Assembly (NCBI GenBank): GCA_043822065.1
Contig: JBDRCC010000007.1
Span: 1-64,000 of the forward strand
Source: an archaeon
Lineage (GTDB): Archaea; Undinarchaeota; CAZHTU01; JBDRCC01
Reading direction: 5' to 3'
Length of the DNA: 64,000 nt
In this document: positions 9,013-19,018 of the stretch, piece by piece
Layout: the number at the start of each line of letters is the position of its first letter
Numbering within the stretch: position 1 is the stretch's first letter
Translations under genes and position numbers: made by a program
Notes under the pieces: generated by a model
Told to the model about the DNA's origin: nothing
What the model saw: the letters and a program-made list of their open reading frames with translations, nothing else
The model's database searches: none

Positions 9013-10017
9013 TTAATCCTCAAAATTAACATTTGCTTTTGTTAATGTTTTCCTAATATTTTCCAATTCCTTCAGCGTCTTCTTTTTCTCGTCATTTCTA
9101 AGCTCATCCCTTTCCTTTGGGGTCTTGGGGACTCGGGTAATCTGAAAAATAAATTCTGCCACAGTCATCTTGCGTTTTGCCCGAATCGTCATCTGCTTCA
9201 CGCGCCGGTAGGAATCACTATGCCCTTTAAGGAATGCTATAACCTCGTTGCACAGATTCTCGCCAAAAAATGGCGTTACCTGGGTAAAATAGAATACGTG
9301 CAGCATGTTCTCTGCGTCAGATTGGTCGTCAGATAGGAGCGTAACCTTCTCTATGGTCCGCGAGGAAATCCACAATCCGCTGTCCTCGTTGACTTCCTTT
9401 ATGATTGACATCACCGTCTCCTTGAGGAGCAGTTCGTCCGTACCCATAAAGTACTTTCCATCAAATATAATAAAAAGGTCTATGTCGTCCCCTTCCTTGG
9501 AGTCCCCCCTCACAGTGGAGCCGCGAACACCATACATGAACACTTTTTTCAGCTCCGCCTCGCTAATCTCAAACCTGTCACAAATCCGCTCTAGCAGCAA
9601 TTTAAGAATCTTTTGCGAAATCTTCAGCCGGATGTTCGTCTCATCCTTCATCATCTCCAGTTTTTCCTCTATCAACTCGTCTACTTGTTTTTGGTTCGTG
9701 CCATAAAGCGTGAAGTACCTCCAGGCATGCCCCCTGTCCAGGAAAATTTCTAGCTTTCCCTTAGATGTGGTTGCATAGTACCTGTCCTTCGCGTATGTCC
9801 TATAATAAAGCCTGGGCAAAATCGGATGGCTGTTGGCATCTGACGGCAGTATCTCGGCGAGCCGCTCCAGCGTCACGTTAGACGTAACCAGAAGCTCCTC
9901 CGGAGTCTGCGGACTATCGTCAAGTGATTTTAGTACATACTCCGGGTCCCGCTTCCTCCGCTGGCTGGTGAAAATTTCCCATACCGACTGGCCAATGCCC
10001 CCCTTGCCGTCCGTCAT
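9013..10017 (-). CDS. Pol-beta-superfamily nucleotidyltransferase domain protein
   Basis: GSTVRG...DDIDLFII (GS-x-RG...DxD) motif. Confidence 0.7.
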   Translation of the reverse strand: MTDGKGGIGQSVWEIFTSQRRKRDPEYVLKSLDDSPQTPEELLVTSNVTLERLAEILPSDANSHPILPRLYYRTYAKDRYYATTSKGKLEIFLDRGHAWRYFTLYGTNQKQVDELIEEKLEMMKDETNIRLKISQKILKLLLERICDRFEISEAELKKVFMYGVRGSTVRGDSKEGDDIDLFIIFDGKYFMGTDELLLKETVMSIIKEVNEDSGLWISSRTIEKVTLLSDDQSDAENMLHVFYFTQVTPFFGENLCNEVIAFLKGHSDSYRRVKQMTIRAKRKMTVAEFIFQITRVPKTPKERDELRNDEKKKTLKELENIRKTLTKANVNFED

Positions 10018-10117
10018 GGTAGCCTATTGGGCTTAGCATTATAAAAACCTATTTGCCCAATTTGCCAAATCAAAAAGCTTATATTCCCGTCCCCCTTTTT
10101 CCCCTAAAATCCATTCA

Positions 10118-10687
10118 TTGGAGGTGGACAAAATCGCAGACGACAAACTAGCAAATCCGGCGCCCCTCGGTCTGATGGGCTTCGGCATGACTACAGTCCT
10201 TCTGAACCTGCACAACGCCGGCTACTTCGCATTGGGCACGATGATACTCGCGATGGGTATCTTCTACGGCGGAATCGCCCAGATACTAGCTGGAATAATG
10301 GAGTTCAAGAAGGGGAACACTTTCGGGACGACGGCATTCACTTCGTACGGCCTTTTCTGGCTTACGCTTGTGGGACTGCTCGTCATGCCTGCGATGGGCT
10401 GGGGCTCTGCTCCTTCTTCGACGGCAATGGCTGCGTACCTGTTCATGTGGGGCCTGTTCACATTCTACATGTTTATCGGCACCCTTAGGCTGAGCAAGGG
10501 CCTGCAGTTCGTGTTCTTCACGTTGTTCGTCCTCTTCTGGCTGCTTGCCTTAGGCAAGGCGACCGGAAGCGCGGCGATAACCAAGTTTGCCGGATATGAG
10601 GGCATACTGTGCGGATTCAGCGCAATTTACGTTGCAGCCGCCCAGGTATTGAACGAAGTGTACGGCAAGACTGTGCTGAAAATTTAG
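10118..10687 (+). CDS. GPR1/FUN34/YaaH (SatP-like) acetate transporter
   Basis: [35 protein letters not shown]. Confidence 0.92.
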   Translation: MEVDKIADDKLANPAPLGLMGFGMTTVLLNLHNAGYFALGTMILAMGIFYGGIAQILAGIMEFKKGNTFGTTAFTSYGLFWLTLVGLLVMPAMGWGSAPSSTAMAAYLFMWGLFTFYMFIGTLRLSKGLQFVFFTLFVLFWLLALGKATGSAAITKFAGYEGILCGFSAIYVAAAQVLNEVYGKTVLKI

Positions 10688-10729
10688 AATAACTCGCGGC
10701 ATGGCGCAAGCCATGCCCCCTTGATTTTT

Positions 10730-11980
10730 CTACCAGCTCCAGAAGTCCTCAACTGACATCTGGCTGATAGGCATCTTTGAAATTTCCTCTAGGCTGCCCT
10801 TGCACGGCTGGCCATCAGAAACGAAAAGCTTTTTCTCAGTTACATTTACTACGATGGAGTTGAGTGAAGATACCTCATACCCTTTGTTGCATATGCTCTC
10901 CTTGCCGCAGCCGAAAATTAAGCCCCCGTGCTCGTGGTTTTTCAGCAAGTTAAAGTAATCCTCCTCGCCGTAGCCGCTAGCTATCTCATTCTGAAGAAGC
11001 TTGTGCATTGTTTTGTATCTAATGCGTGACGAAGATCCGGTGCCCCCTGCCTGGTCAAGGGCATAAGACGAATGTGGGTGGTTTGTCATCCCGATGATTT
11101 TATGGCCAGCCTGCGTGCTTTCTGGCTCCCTAAATTCAAACTTCAGGTCCCCCCGCGGAGTCTTCGTAGCCTCAATGACAACTATGCGCTTTTTGTCAGC
11201 GACTAGCATTATGTAGCTGGCTATCGTCTTCATCTCCTTATCCTGCACCTTTTTCATGGCATCATCAACACTGTCGCACTCTAAAAGCAGAATCTGCGCG
11301 ACCTGGTTTGGCATTACCGCAGAGTCCCAGACCAAGTCATCAGTTTCCCCTTTTTCGTCGTAGCACTTCCTGTCGCGCCCAAGGGGGTTATACGAGGACA
11401 GCTGGTTCCACAATACAGTCAGGCCAGGGAGGTTTATGCCCCCACTCGTCCCGGCAGAAAACTCCATGCTGACGTCGAGAGTGTCGTGTATCCCTACTCT
11501 AGAGCTTTTTCTGATAAGCCACATGTCTTTGCTCTCAGGGTAGTAGTCATTGTTTTTTCCTACAAACACCTTGCCCGTATCATCTATCACCCCAAATGCC
11601 GTGCATGCGTTCGGCGCTTCCGCCCGTTCATAAACATTCGGAAGCTTTTTTTTAAGGCTAACCTTATTGTATGTCCCTGCGACATAGCCGTAATACCTAA
11701 AGGCCGCATGCGCTTCAAAATCCGTAGTGCTTAATTCCTCGTATATGCTCTTCCCTTTCTGCCCTGCGCCAAGGAGCATCCCTCTGTGGTAGTCCCATGA
11801 GTACGGTGCCTTCTCAAGCTCGCGCATAATCTGGCCCTGCAGCGCCCTGAAACAGGGCACTAAGTGTTCCAGCGGACTCTTCGTATTTAGCACAGCTTCT
11901 ATGTTTTTCCTGTACGTCTTTCCCTGCGCTTCAGCCCGTTCAGTGGTGTTTCCGTGAAGTAATAGTGTTTTCATTGCCAT
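10730..11980 (-). CDS. Ntn-hydrolase, peptidase C45 / acyltransferase family
   Basis: A|CTAFG...GKNND, GGINLPGL, MTNH, SSRIRY, ESICN. Confidence 0.75.
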   Translation of the reverse strand: MAMKTLLLHGNTTERAEAQGKTYRKNIEAVLNTKSPLEHLVPCFRALQGQIMRELEKAPYSWDYHRGMLLGAGQKGKSIYEELSTTDFEAHAAFRYYGYVAGTYNKVSLKKKLPNVYERAEAPNACTAFGVIDDTGKVFVGKNNDYYPESKDMWLIRKSSRVGIHDTLDVSMEFSAGTSGGINLPGLTVLWNQLSSYNPLGRDRKCYDEKGETDDLVWDSAVMPNQVAQILLLECDSVDDAMKKVQDKEMKTIASYIMLVADKKRIVVIEATKTPRGDLKFEFREPESTQAGHKIIGMTNHPHSSYALDQAGGTGSSSRIRYKTMHKLLQNEIASGYGEEDYFNLLKNHEHGGLIFGCGKESICNKGYEVSSLNSIVVNVTEKKLFVSDGQPCKGSLEEISKMPISQMSVEDFWSW

Positions 11981-12014
11981 TGATCTGCATACCTTCCAAG
12001 CCTGCGTTGAGGCA

Positions 12015-12872
12015 TTACCTGTAAGCTATCAGGTTAAGTGTGAAGTCCTCGTACCGGTTCCGGTTTACTGAAGTATAGCCCTTCTCCATCTCCTTGATGA
12101 GGTGCAGCCTCAGATGCCTGTCGTCGAAGCCAAACTCCTCCATCAGGGGCTTGCAGAACATGGCGCCCATTGCGTTTATTATGTGGTCCGAATGCTCAGC
12201 CTCCTTGAGGTCCTTTATCTTGATGAGGGTGCTTTGGCAGTCTGCCAGGTTTGGGTCGTATAGGTGTATTATCTTTAGGTCCTGCCCAAGCATCACCATG
12301 TTGTGCGGACCGAAGCCAGCCTGGACGAAGCCTGCCTTCTGCATCTCAGCCAGCAGCGCCCCGATTTTGTAGTAAACCTCCTCAACTGAGCTGGACTGCT
12401 TCTGGAGGTATTTAACCAGCGGCGTGCCGTGTTCAATCAGCATGTACTTGAGCTTGTAGTCGTATGGCAGGTCCTTTATCGCAAGCTGGCTTATGCGCAG
12501 CTTGGCGTCATCGGCTTCGACTATATTCCCCCGCTCAACTTCAGTCGTGGCCTTAATTCCTATCGTGTACTTATACAAGAAGTCAGCAGGCACATTATCG
12601 CGCAAATAGCGCATGGCATTTGCAGTGCCGCGGTGGAACAGGTGGCCTACGTAGCTTTTTCCGCCGTGGTCTATCCCCTCAACTAAAAGCAGTGTTGTGT
12701 AGGTGCATAGCCTGTCGAGCTTGTTTAGCGGAGTGGAATCCTTTACCATTTGGCCGTAGTTGACCCTTGGTATGCAGCTTATCTGTATGAACTCCTTTTC
12801 GTTTATGACCGGATACCTTTCTATGAGCTTTAGGTCCTTTTTGTCGTAAAGCTCCTTGCTGAACAGTCCCAT
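12015..12872 (-). CDS. Kinase-fold-like hypothetical protein (Bud32/Kdo-like, degenerate)
   Basis: MLIEHG...IGALLAEMQKAGFVQAGFGPHNMV...LKIIHL resembles a kinase catalytic loop. Confidence 0.45.
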   Translation of the reverse strand: MGLFSKELYDKKDLKLIERYPVINEKEFIQISCIPRVNYGQMVKDSTPLNKLDRLCTYTTLLLVEGIDHGGKSYVGHLFHRGTANAMRYLRDNVPADFLYKYTIGIKATTEVERGNIVEADDAKLRISQLAIKDLPYDYKLKYMLIEHGTPLVKYLQKQSSSVEEVYYKIGALLAEMQKAGFVQAGFGPHNMVMLGQDLKIIHLYDPNLADCQSTLIKIKDLKEAEHSDHIINAMGAMFCKPLMEEFGFDDRHLRLHLIKEMEKGYTSVNRNRYEDFTLNLIAYR

Positions 12873-12920
12873 GAATTTTTTTATGAGGGTGGTATATTTA
12901 ATCCTTTGCTTGAGCCCTAA

Positions 12921-13091
12921 TCAGAACGGCAGCAAGCTCAGAACGGCTCCGACCAGGACAAGGACTGCTACTGCAATCAGCGATACCGGAAGCGACGCAG
13001 CGAACATCGCCTTGATAAGGATTAGCGCCAGGATTATGGTAGCCATGCTTGCGATGGTTGATATCGGAGTTCCGTGCCCGCGCGTGTTCAT
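12921..13091 (-). CDS. Small 56-aa membrane protein (not in ORF track)
   Basis: Manual translation MNTRGHGTPISTIASMATIILALILIKAMFAASLPVSLIAVAVLVLVGAVLSLLPF. Confidence 0.55.
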   Translation of the reverse strand: MNTRGHGTPISTIASMATIILALILIKAMFAASLPVSLIAVAVLVLVGAVLSLLPF

Positions 13092-13163
13092 GCGCGTACC
13101 TTCGCTCCGAAGTTTATATCATTTTCCGAAAGGTGCTTATACTACCTTTCCCTACTCTCTGGC

Positions 13164-13589
13164 ATGAAAACCTACCGGCTCAAGGACGGCATTTTGGCAG
13201 GTCTCGCAGGAGGGCTTGTCCTGCTCGCGGTCAATTCGTTTACAGGATACTTCTCGGGCTACTTGTACGCCCTTGTGCCGATATTCTGGAAGGACATGAC
13301 TGAAGTCTGGCTCGCAGGGATGTTCTTCTACAACTTTGTCGCTGGCGTGCTCATGGGCGCAGTTTATTCAATAGTGAAAGACTCAATACCTGATGAGGGC
13401 GTCCTAAAGGGCATAAACTTTGGCTTTCTTGTCTGGCTGATAGGTCCCTTCCTGAGCCTTTACCTCACCTTCATGACCTTCGCAATCCCGACAATACTGG
13501 TGCTCATATGGGCGGTAGCAAACCTCATAACATATCCCCTGTCCGGCGCGGTAATTGCCTACGTCTTTGAGCAGCTCCAGCAGAGATAG
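13164..13589 (+). CDS. 4-TM membrane protein
   Basis: GILAGLAGG, KGINFGFLVWL; ATG at 13164. Confidence 0.65.
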   Translation: MKTYRLKDGILAGLAGGLVLLAVNSFTGYFSGYLYALVPIFWKDMTEVWLAGMFFYNFVAGVLMGAVYSIVKDSIPDEGVLKGINFGFLVWLIGPFLSLYLTFMTFAIPTILVLIWAVANLITYPLSGAVIAYVFEQLQQR

Positions 13590-13592
13590 TTG

Positions 13593-14522
13593 TTACAGCA
13601 GGTAAAGTATCATTACAGATATTATTCCAGAAACTGCGGGCGTTACTAGCCACCAGGCAGCAATCTTCCCAAATCTCCTCAGTGTCTTGAAGCCAGGCCC
13701 GTAGCCGATTCCAATCCCGCCCACGCCGCCGACAATTGCCAGGCTCAGGCTCGTCGGGATGTGGTACTGGGTGAATACGTACATCACTATCGCCGCCGCC
13801 AGCTGGGACACTGTCGCAGTTACTATCCCCAATTCGCTTATGCCGACGCCAATTGTCCGTATGACCGGCCAGCTTAGGAAGTAAATCGCTATAGCAATTG
13901 GCAGCAGGCTTACAAGGAGAACGCTCTGGTTCCCGGACGCGCCTGCGATCGAGACCAGGAAGCCGCCGGTGTTCGCCCCGAGCGTGTATGCTGCGAAAAT
14001 CGATGTCATGGTGAGCATCAGTATAGGCAGCGTGCCGGTCACGTGGTGGCTGTCGACCCTTTTTGCAAACTTGAAATAGGCATAATAAAAAATGAGGGAC
14101 AAAAAGCCGGCCATCACCGGAGTCGCGAACCATGCGAAGACCATCCATTTTATGTAGATGAGGTTGAGCGCTTCGCCCATGTAAAAAGACGCGAGCCCGA
14201 ATGACACTGCAAGGCACTGGCTTGTGGAAACCGGCATCCCGAAGTACGTCGCCAAGGCCGTCGCAACGAACGCCCCCGCAAGCGTCACTAGGATGACAAT
14301 CTCCGGCGCGCTGGTGCCGGACAAAATTCCCCCTGCAACTGCCTTGTCAAGCTTGGAGCCCTCAAGGTAAAGCCCAAGCACTACGAAAATTGCAGTTATC
14401 GCGAGCCCCTTTTTCCGCGGCAGGACCTTGCTCGCTATCGCCGTAGCTATGCAGTTGCCGCTGCTGTTTGCGCCAATGACCACTGCCATGGCAGCGGCCA
14501 AAAGAAGGAGTAGCCAGTTCAT
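13593..14522 (-). CDS. PiT-family inorganic phosphate transporter
   Basis: GANSSGN and GANTGG repeats, GMPVSTSQ, IPTSLS; adjacent to DUF47. Confidence 0.85.
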   Translation of the reverse strand: MNWLLLLLAAAMAVVIGANSSGNCIATAIASKVLPRKKGLAITAIFVVLGLYLEGSKLDKAVAGGILSGTSAPEIVILVTLAGAFVATALATYFGMPVSTSQCLAVSFGLASFYMGEALNLIYIKWMVFAWFATPVMAGFLSLIFYYAYFKFAKRVDSHHVTGTLPILMLTMTSIFAAYTLGANTGGFLVSIAGASGNQSVLLVSLLPIAIAIYFLSWPVIRTIGVGISELGIVTATVSQLAAAIVMYVFTQYHIPTSLSLAIVGGVGGIGIGYGPGFKTLRRFGKIAAWWLVTPAVSGIISVMILYLL

Positions 14523-15196
14523 ATTCTTGCGATTCTCATGTACGTCATGACGTGTGTCGCCGAATTGCAGCGCGCCACGACATTGGCAAGGAGCCTTATC
14601 GCGCTTATGAGCTCTATGGACAGGAAAGCATCAAGCCTGGCGTCGACAACCATCTTCAGGGTCTCGTCCTCTATTGCGTCTGCCCTGTCCTCAATTTCGC
14701 CGACCTTCTTTGCCTGCGCATCGATGTCTGAATGCCTACCTTTGAGCATTTTTATGCCCTCGTGGGTTTCTGCGGATATGTCCACTGCAAATTTTGCCAG
14801 GGAGAGCATATTGTCCTTTATTTTCTTTGGTATTTTGGAATGCATTTTCTTTAGAAGATCTAAGGTTATCCAGTAGAACTTGGCTGAAGCCTCTGCAGCG
14901 TCCGCCGCGTTCTCTATCTTCTTTGCAAGCTCAAGTGTGTCCTCCCTGAAGGATGGAACAAACGGGTTGTCGCTTACCACTATGCGGATTGCGGTCTTCG
15001 CCCCATCTGCAATGCCCTCTGCGTGTTGGGTCGCCCTCACCGCCTTCTCTATTTCGCTGAATTTTCCCACGTGGAACGCCTCTACGACCTCGTAGTGCCT
15101 TTTTATGACGTCCCTGACCGTGTCCATCTGCGTCGAAAGGAGGTCATAAACCTCCATCTCGTCAGTGTAGTTTAGCAGTCCCATGCGAATCAGCAA
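14519..15196 (-). CDS. DUF47 / PhoU-like phosphate transport regulator
   Basis: EGIAD...PFVPSFRED, IEDRADAIE; coupled to PiT gene. Confidence 0.8.
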   Translation of the reverse strand: MLIRMGLLNYTDEMEVYDLLSTQMDTVRDVIKRHYEVVEAFHVGKFSEIEKAVRATQHAEGIADGAKTAIRIVVSDNPFVPSFREDTLELAKKIENAADAAEASAKFYWITLDLLKKMHSKIPKKIKDNMLSLAKFAVDISAETHEGIKMLKGRHSDIDAQAKKVGEIEDRADAIEDETLKMVVDARLDAFLSIELISAIRLLANVVARCNSATHVMTYMRIARI

Positions 15197-15268
15197 GATA
15201 ATATCCCATTCATTATTAAACTTATGCCTACGCCAACTTTTTTAATCCCCGTTGCTTAAAACACGCCA

Positions 15269-15871
15269 ATGCAGGAGATAGTGCAGTTCCTAGTTGACAA
15301 CATTGGCAGCCTCGGCTACGGAGGCATTTTCATCCTGATGTTTCTTGAAAGCTCATTCTTCCCCTTCCCAAGCGAGGTTGTGATGATACCTGCCGGCTAC
15401 CTCGCATACAAGGGCAGCATGAACATCTACCTGGCAGTGCTTGCAGGGATACTGGGGAGCTATTTCGGGGCGATTTTCAACTATTTCCTCGCGCACCGGC
15501 TCGGGAGAAAGCTCCTCATAAAATACGGGGCGTACCTATTCATAAAGCCGGAGACACTTGAAAAGCTTGAGAAGTTTTTCGAGACCCACGGCCACATCTC
15601 GACATTCACCGGGCGGCTCCTCCCTGGCATCCGGCAGTACATTTCGCTTCCGGCAGGCCTTGCCAAGATGCCGCTCGGGATTTTTTCCGTTTACACAATC
15701 GCCGGCGCAGGGCTCTGGGTTTCAATACTGGCGGTTCTCGGCTATGTGATTGGCGGCAACGAAGCCCTGATCGTAAAATACCTGCACAGCATAACCCTTG
15801 TCATGGTGGTGCTTGTTGGGGCGCTAATCGCAGCCTATTACGTGAACTACAAGAGAAAGCAGGCAAAATAG
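15269..15871 (+). CDS. dedA: DedA family membrane protein
   Basis: [36 protein letters not shown]. Confidence 0.92.
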   Translation: MQEIVQFLVDNIGSLGYGGIFILMFLESSFFPFPSEVVMIPAGYLAYKGSMNIYLAVLAGILGSYFGAIFNYFLAHRLGRKLLIKYGAYLFIKPETLEKLEKFFETHGHISTFTGRLLPGIRQYISLPAGLAKMPLGIFSVYTIAGAGLWVSILAVLGYVIGGNEALIVKYLHSITLVMVVLVGALIAAYYVNYKRKQAK

Positions 15872-15876
15872 CCGGC

Positions 15877-16482
15877 TTATTCCTCGGGCTCTTCGCCACC
15901 TGATTCTGGCATCCTTTTGTGTGTCAGCCTCCACGCCAATCCAAAGGCAATCCCGACAAGCAGGCCAAACAAATGGGCCCCCCTCCCTATCCCGTCATTG
16001 ATGTTCATTAGCAGATAGCTCGACACTGCCCACCCGATTACGACAATAATGAGCGGGAGCGGGACGGCAACAAAAACCACAAGCATCATCGGCCTCAAGA
16101 ATGCAAGCATTCCCATTATTCCAAAAGCCGCGGTGGAAGCTCCAACTGACGGAAGCGTTGGAAACAGGTATGCCTGCATGTACCCGCCCGCAATGCCTGA
16201 GATGAAATACAGCGACAGGAAAAGCTTCATCCCGATGTCCTTCTCAAGTATCAGCCCGAAGAAAAAAATCGCGAAAAGATTCATGAGCAGGTGCTCAAGG
16301 CTGCCGTGGACGAACATGTAGGTAACAAGCCGCCATGGCTCAGCCGATACCAGCCGCGGAACAAGCGCAAGCGCGTCGAACGTCTGCACTGGAAAAAAAA
16401 CCTGAAGAAGGAACCCCACTGAAGTAAGGGTGACTATCCACAGGGTCCCTTTGCCGATGTTTACTTTCATGCCGCCTGCCAT
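15877..16482 (-). CDS. Rhomboid intramembrane serine protease
   Basis: PWRLVTYMFVHG..HLLMN, VGAS, AHLFG. Confidence 0.92.
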   Translation of the reverse strand: MAGGMKVNIGKGTLWIVTLTSVGFLLQVFFPVQTFDALALVPRLVSAEPWRLVTYMFVHGSLEHLLMNLFAIFFFGLILEKDIGMKLFLSLYFISGIAGGYMQAYLFPTLPSVGASTAAFGIMGMLAFLRPMMLVVFVAVPLPLIIVVIGWAVSSYLLMNINDGIGRGAHLFGLLVGIAFGLAWRLTHKRMPESGGEEPEE

Positions 16483-16532
16483 AAAAGATTATTGGAAAAT
16501 TACTTTAAATAGATTGTTTAAAGATGGCTCGT

Positions 16533-16609
16533 GCCGAAGTAGCTCAGCCTGGTAGAGCGCCAGACTCATAACCTGGAAGTCGAGGGTTCAAACCCCTCCT
16601 TCGGCACCA
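16533..16609 (+). tRNA. tRNA-Met(CAT), probably elongator
   Basis: GCCGAAG/CTTCGGC-ACCA, CT CAT AA loop; G1-C72 pair argues against initiator; Ile2 not strictly excluded. Confidence 0.85.
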
Positions 16610-16613
16610 TTTT

Positions 16614-17573
16614 CTATAATCTGCCGAATGCTGATTTGTTCTCTTTCCAGTAGTCGTCCGAGAGCTTCATGTTATGGTGCGGGCGTATCTCTATCTGCCC
16701 TATCTTTGCCTTCTTGGAAATCCTCTTGAACGCGTCTACAAGCTTCCTGTCCCGTTTATAGTGCCTGTCTATGGACTCTGAGCGGTGGTCATACACCTTC
16801 GTAATGACCTTGCAGCCTGCGCCTTCCGCAAACCCGACCACTTCTGGGTAGTGGGCGCTGCCCCACATCGCAAGGAACACGTCAACTTCCTTGTGCATCT
16901 CTATGAGCTCTTTTATCCCAGCGCCTATCCTTACTGCGTCCAGGGGGGTGTACCTCAGCCAAGGGTCCTCATTAGCGTATATTGCCTCCAGCGTCTTTTT
17001 ATCGACCTTTCCAAGATTTACGTCCACAATCCACGGTGCCTCATCGCGGTAATAAATCGTGCATACTTCATCATCCGATATCTCCTCCATCTGCGGCTCT
17101 CGCAGGTCTGCGGAGACAAAATCTGCCTCCTTTGCATAGTCAATGCACGCCTCAGTTAGTACAACATCCTTTTGCCTTGTCTCCTCAGTATACAGTACCT
17201 TCGATTTGAGGATTTTGTCCCGCGCATCTCTTACATCCTCCGGGAACAGCGTTGCAGTTTTTTCCAGATACTCCACCAAAAAACGGTTCTCGACGGGCTT
17301 GTCCGTCCTCCTGCTGCCCTTTTTCCGGGTTTTCCAAACGGCTTCCTTGGACTCTATAAACTGTTGGCGCGCAGCTTCAGTTAAGCCATGCAAAAACTTT
17401 GTGTAAATCTGGGCGTAGGCATACTCCTGCTGCATCGCTCGCATGCTCCATGGGTGCAGCAGTCTCTCTTTGAGGTAAAGGGCCCGCTTCCCCCTTATGT
17501 GGCGTGCAAGGTCGTTTGGGTAAAACGGATGCTCGTGCTCATCAATTATGAAAATGAAAGTCCGTTTTCCCAT
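16614..17573 (-). CDS. Hypothetical protein
   Basis: 319-aa ORF; DEHEH, WGSAH motifs; family not recognised. Confidence 0.6.
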   Translation of the reverse strand: MGKRTFIFIIDEHEHPFYPNDLARHIRGKRALYLKERLLHPWSMRAMQQEYAYAQIYTKFLHGLTEAARQQFIESKEAVWKTRKKGSRRTDKPVENRFLVEYLEKTATLFPEDVRDARDKILKSKVLYTEETRQKDVVLTEACIDYAKEADFVSADLREPQMEEISDDEVCTIYYRDEAPWIVDVNLGKVDKKTLEAIYANEDPWLRYTPLDAVRIGAGIKELIEMHKEVDVFLAMWGSAHYPEVVGFAEGAGCKVITKVYDHRSESIDRHYKRDRKLVDAFKRISKKAKIGQIEIRPHHNMKLSDDYWKENKSAFGRL

Positions 17574-17666
17574 ATCTACTACTTGAGCAATGAAGTATAA
17601 ATCCTTTTGTCCCCGCCTCGACTCTCCGCAAAGTTTATATGCTTCCCATAACTTCAGCAGTAGAAT

Positions 17667-18155
17667 ATGGCAGATGCTCGCTTAGTTGTGTTCGACTTCG
17701 GGTCAGGCCAGAGGCTTGAGGAGCTCTCACGGCTTGCCGAGGACAAGCAGAAATTCATCATTTCCTTTGACATGACCCGCGACACCGACTTCTGCCCGCG
17801 GAGCAAGCTCCTGATTGACTACAAGAGGTCCCAGAACCTTGACGTCTACAAGTTGAAGGACAACTTCTTCTTCGTCCACCATGATGTTACACAAATACCG
17901 GATATCCCTTGGAGAGCAGACTACGTTGTCACGCGACCCCTGAAGACGAACAACGGCGCGTTCCCCTCGAACATGCTGCGCCACCTCAAGCACGACTGCG
18001 CAGTCTTCATACGCACGGAATTTACTGGCAGTGAAAAAACCTCTGAGTACCCCAACTACGTGGGCGCCGTCAAGACCCAATTAGCCCAGCACGGCTTCAA
18101 ATTCCTGGCAAAGGGCGACTCCCTTGTAGCCATACGGGGCGACATCCGCGGATAG
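17667..18155 (+). CDS. Hypothetical protein, possible degenerate SAM-binding fold
   Basis: VFDFGSG near N-terminus, IISFD; TTTATAT box upstream. Confidence 0.5.
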   Translation: MADARLVVFDFGSGQRLEELSRLAEDKQKFIISFDMTRDTDFCPRSKLLIDYKRSQNLDVYKLKDNFFFVHHDVTQIPDIPWRADYVVTRPLKTNNGAFPSNMLRHLKHDCAVFIRTEFTGSEKTSEYPNYVGAVKTQLAQHGFKFLAKGDSLVAIRGDIRG

Positions 18156-18189
18156 TCAAGTATTTAAAATTTCACGACAATACTTAATT

Positions 18190-18888
18190 ATGCGGTGCGC
18201 GCTGTTAATCACTGCACTTCTTCTGCTTACAGCTTCAGCTTCCGCTGCCGCATCCGAATTCCTCATAGAAAAGGACCTTGGCACTTTCAAATTCATAAAG
18301 TCGTCCGAGGGGCTTGGCTTAACTGGCGAATCCTACACTGCCAGCTACCGCCACGAAATCGCCTTCCGGGGCGAAGTCCAGGAGAGCACTACCTACAAGG
18401 TAGAGGTTGAGGTGCCGAAATACCGGGACCCGCAGTCGATATTCAATGCCTCAGATGCCGCCCTCCGGCGGACCGGCTCTGTCAACTACAAGCTAGTAAT
18501 CGGCGGCTCGGACACTCTTATGTGGCCATCAGGCAATTATCTTGTCAGAATAACATACAAGCACGGCTCCTACTTCCCGTCGCGCCTCCTCAATGCGTAC
18601 AGCTCAAAGTACCCAAGCGAGGCTCCGACGCCTGAGTACATACGAAAGTTTGAGGTTCCGGAGTATAACAGCACAGACGACATCCAGTACGCGGAGGGGT
18701 GTGGGATTGTTAGTAAGCGCATCCGCGGCTATTACTGCTCAAACATGGGGCGCTTCGAACGCCAGAGGGACCCAGGCGACTTCTGCCTTGAGGGTTACGA
18801 GTGCAGGAGCACCAGATGCGTCGACCAGCTTTGCACGTCACCCTATGGGATCGTCGGGAAGCTGTTTGCGCTCGCTTCGTACCTATAG
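18190..18888 (+). CDS. Secreted protein with Cys-rich C-terminus
   Basis: Signal peptide; C-x4-EC-x-S-x2-C-x4-C motif. Confidence 0.65.
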   Translation: MRCALLITALLLLTASASAAASEFLIEKDLGTFKFIKSSEGLGLTGESYTASYRHEIAFRGEVQESTTYKVEVEVPKYRDPQSIFNASDAALRRTGSVNYKLVIGGSDTLMWPSGNYLVRITYKHGSYFPSRLLNAYSSKYPSEAPTPEYIRKFEVPEYNSTDDIQYAEGCGIVSKRIRGYYCSNMGRFERQRDPGDFCLEGYECRSTRCVDQLCTSPYGIVGKLFALASYL

Positions 18889-18940
18889 GAAAAAACTTAA
18901 AAGCCGACCAGCCTAATCATTCCAGGCATAGCCAGCTTAT

Positions 18941-19012
18941 GCCTCGGTGGCGCAGTGGTAGCGCGGCGGTTTTGTAAACCGCAGGTCGGGAGTTCAATCC
19001 TCCCCCGGGGCT
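18941..19012 (+). tRNA. tRNA-Thr(TGT)
   Basis: GCCTCGG/CCGGGGC, GCGGT-TT TGT AA-ACCGC. Confidence 0.93.
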
Positions 19013-19018
19013 CTTCTT

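Noticed and set aside
17608-17625. Possible degenerate 3' copy of tRNA-Met, with similar weak hits after tRNA-Glu and tRNA-Leu
   Set aside because: The matches are short, gapped and low-complexity, and cannot be told from chance by eye.
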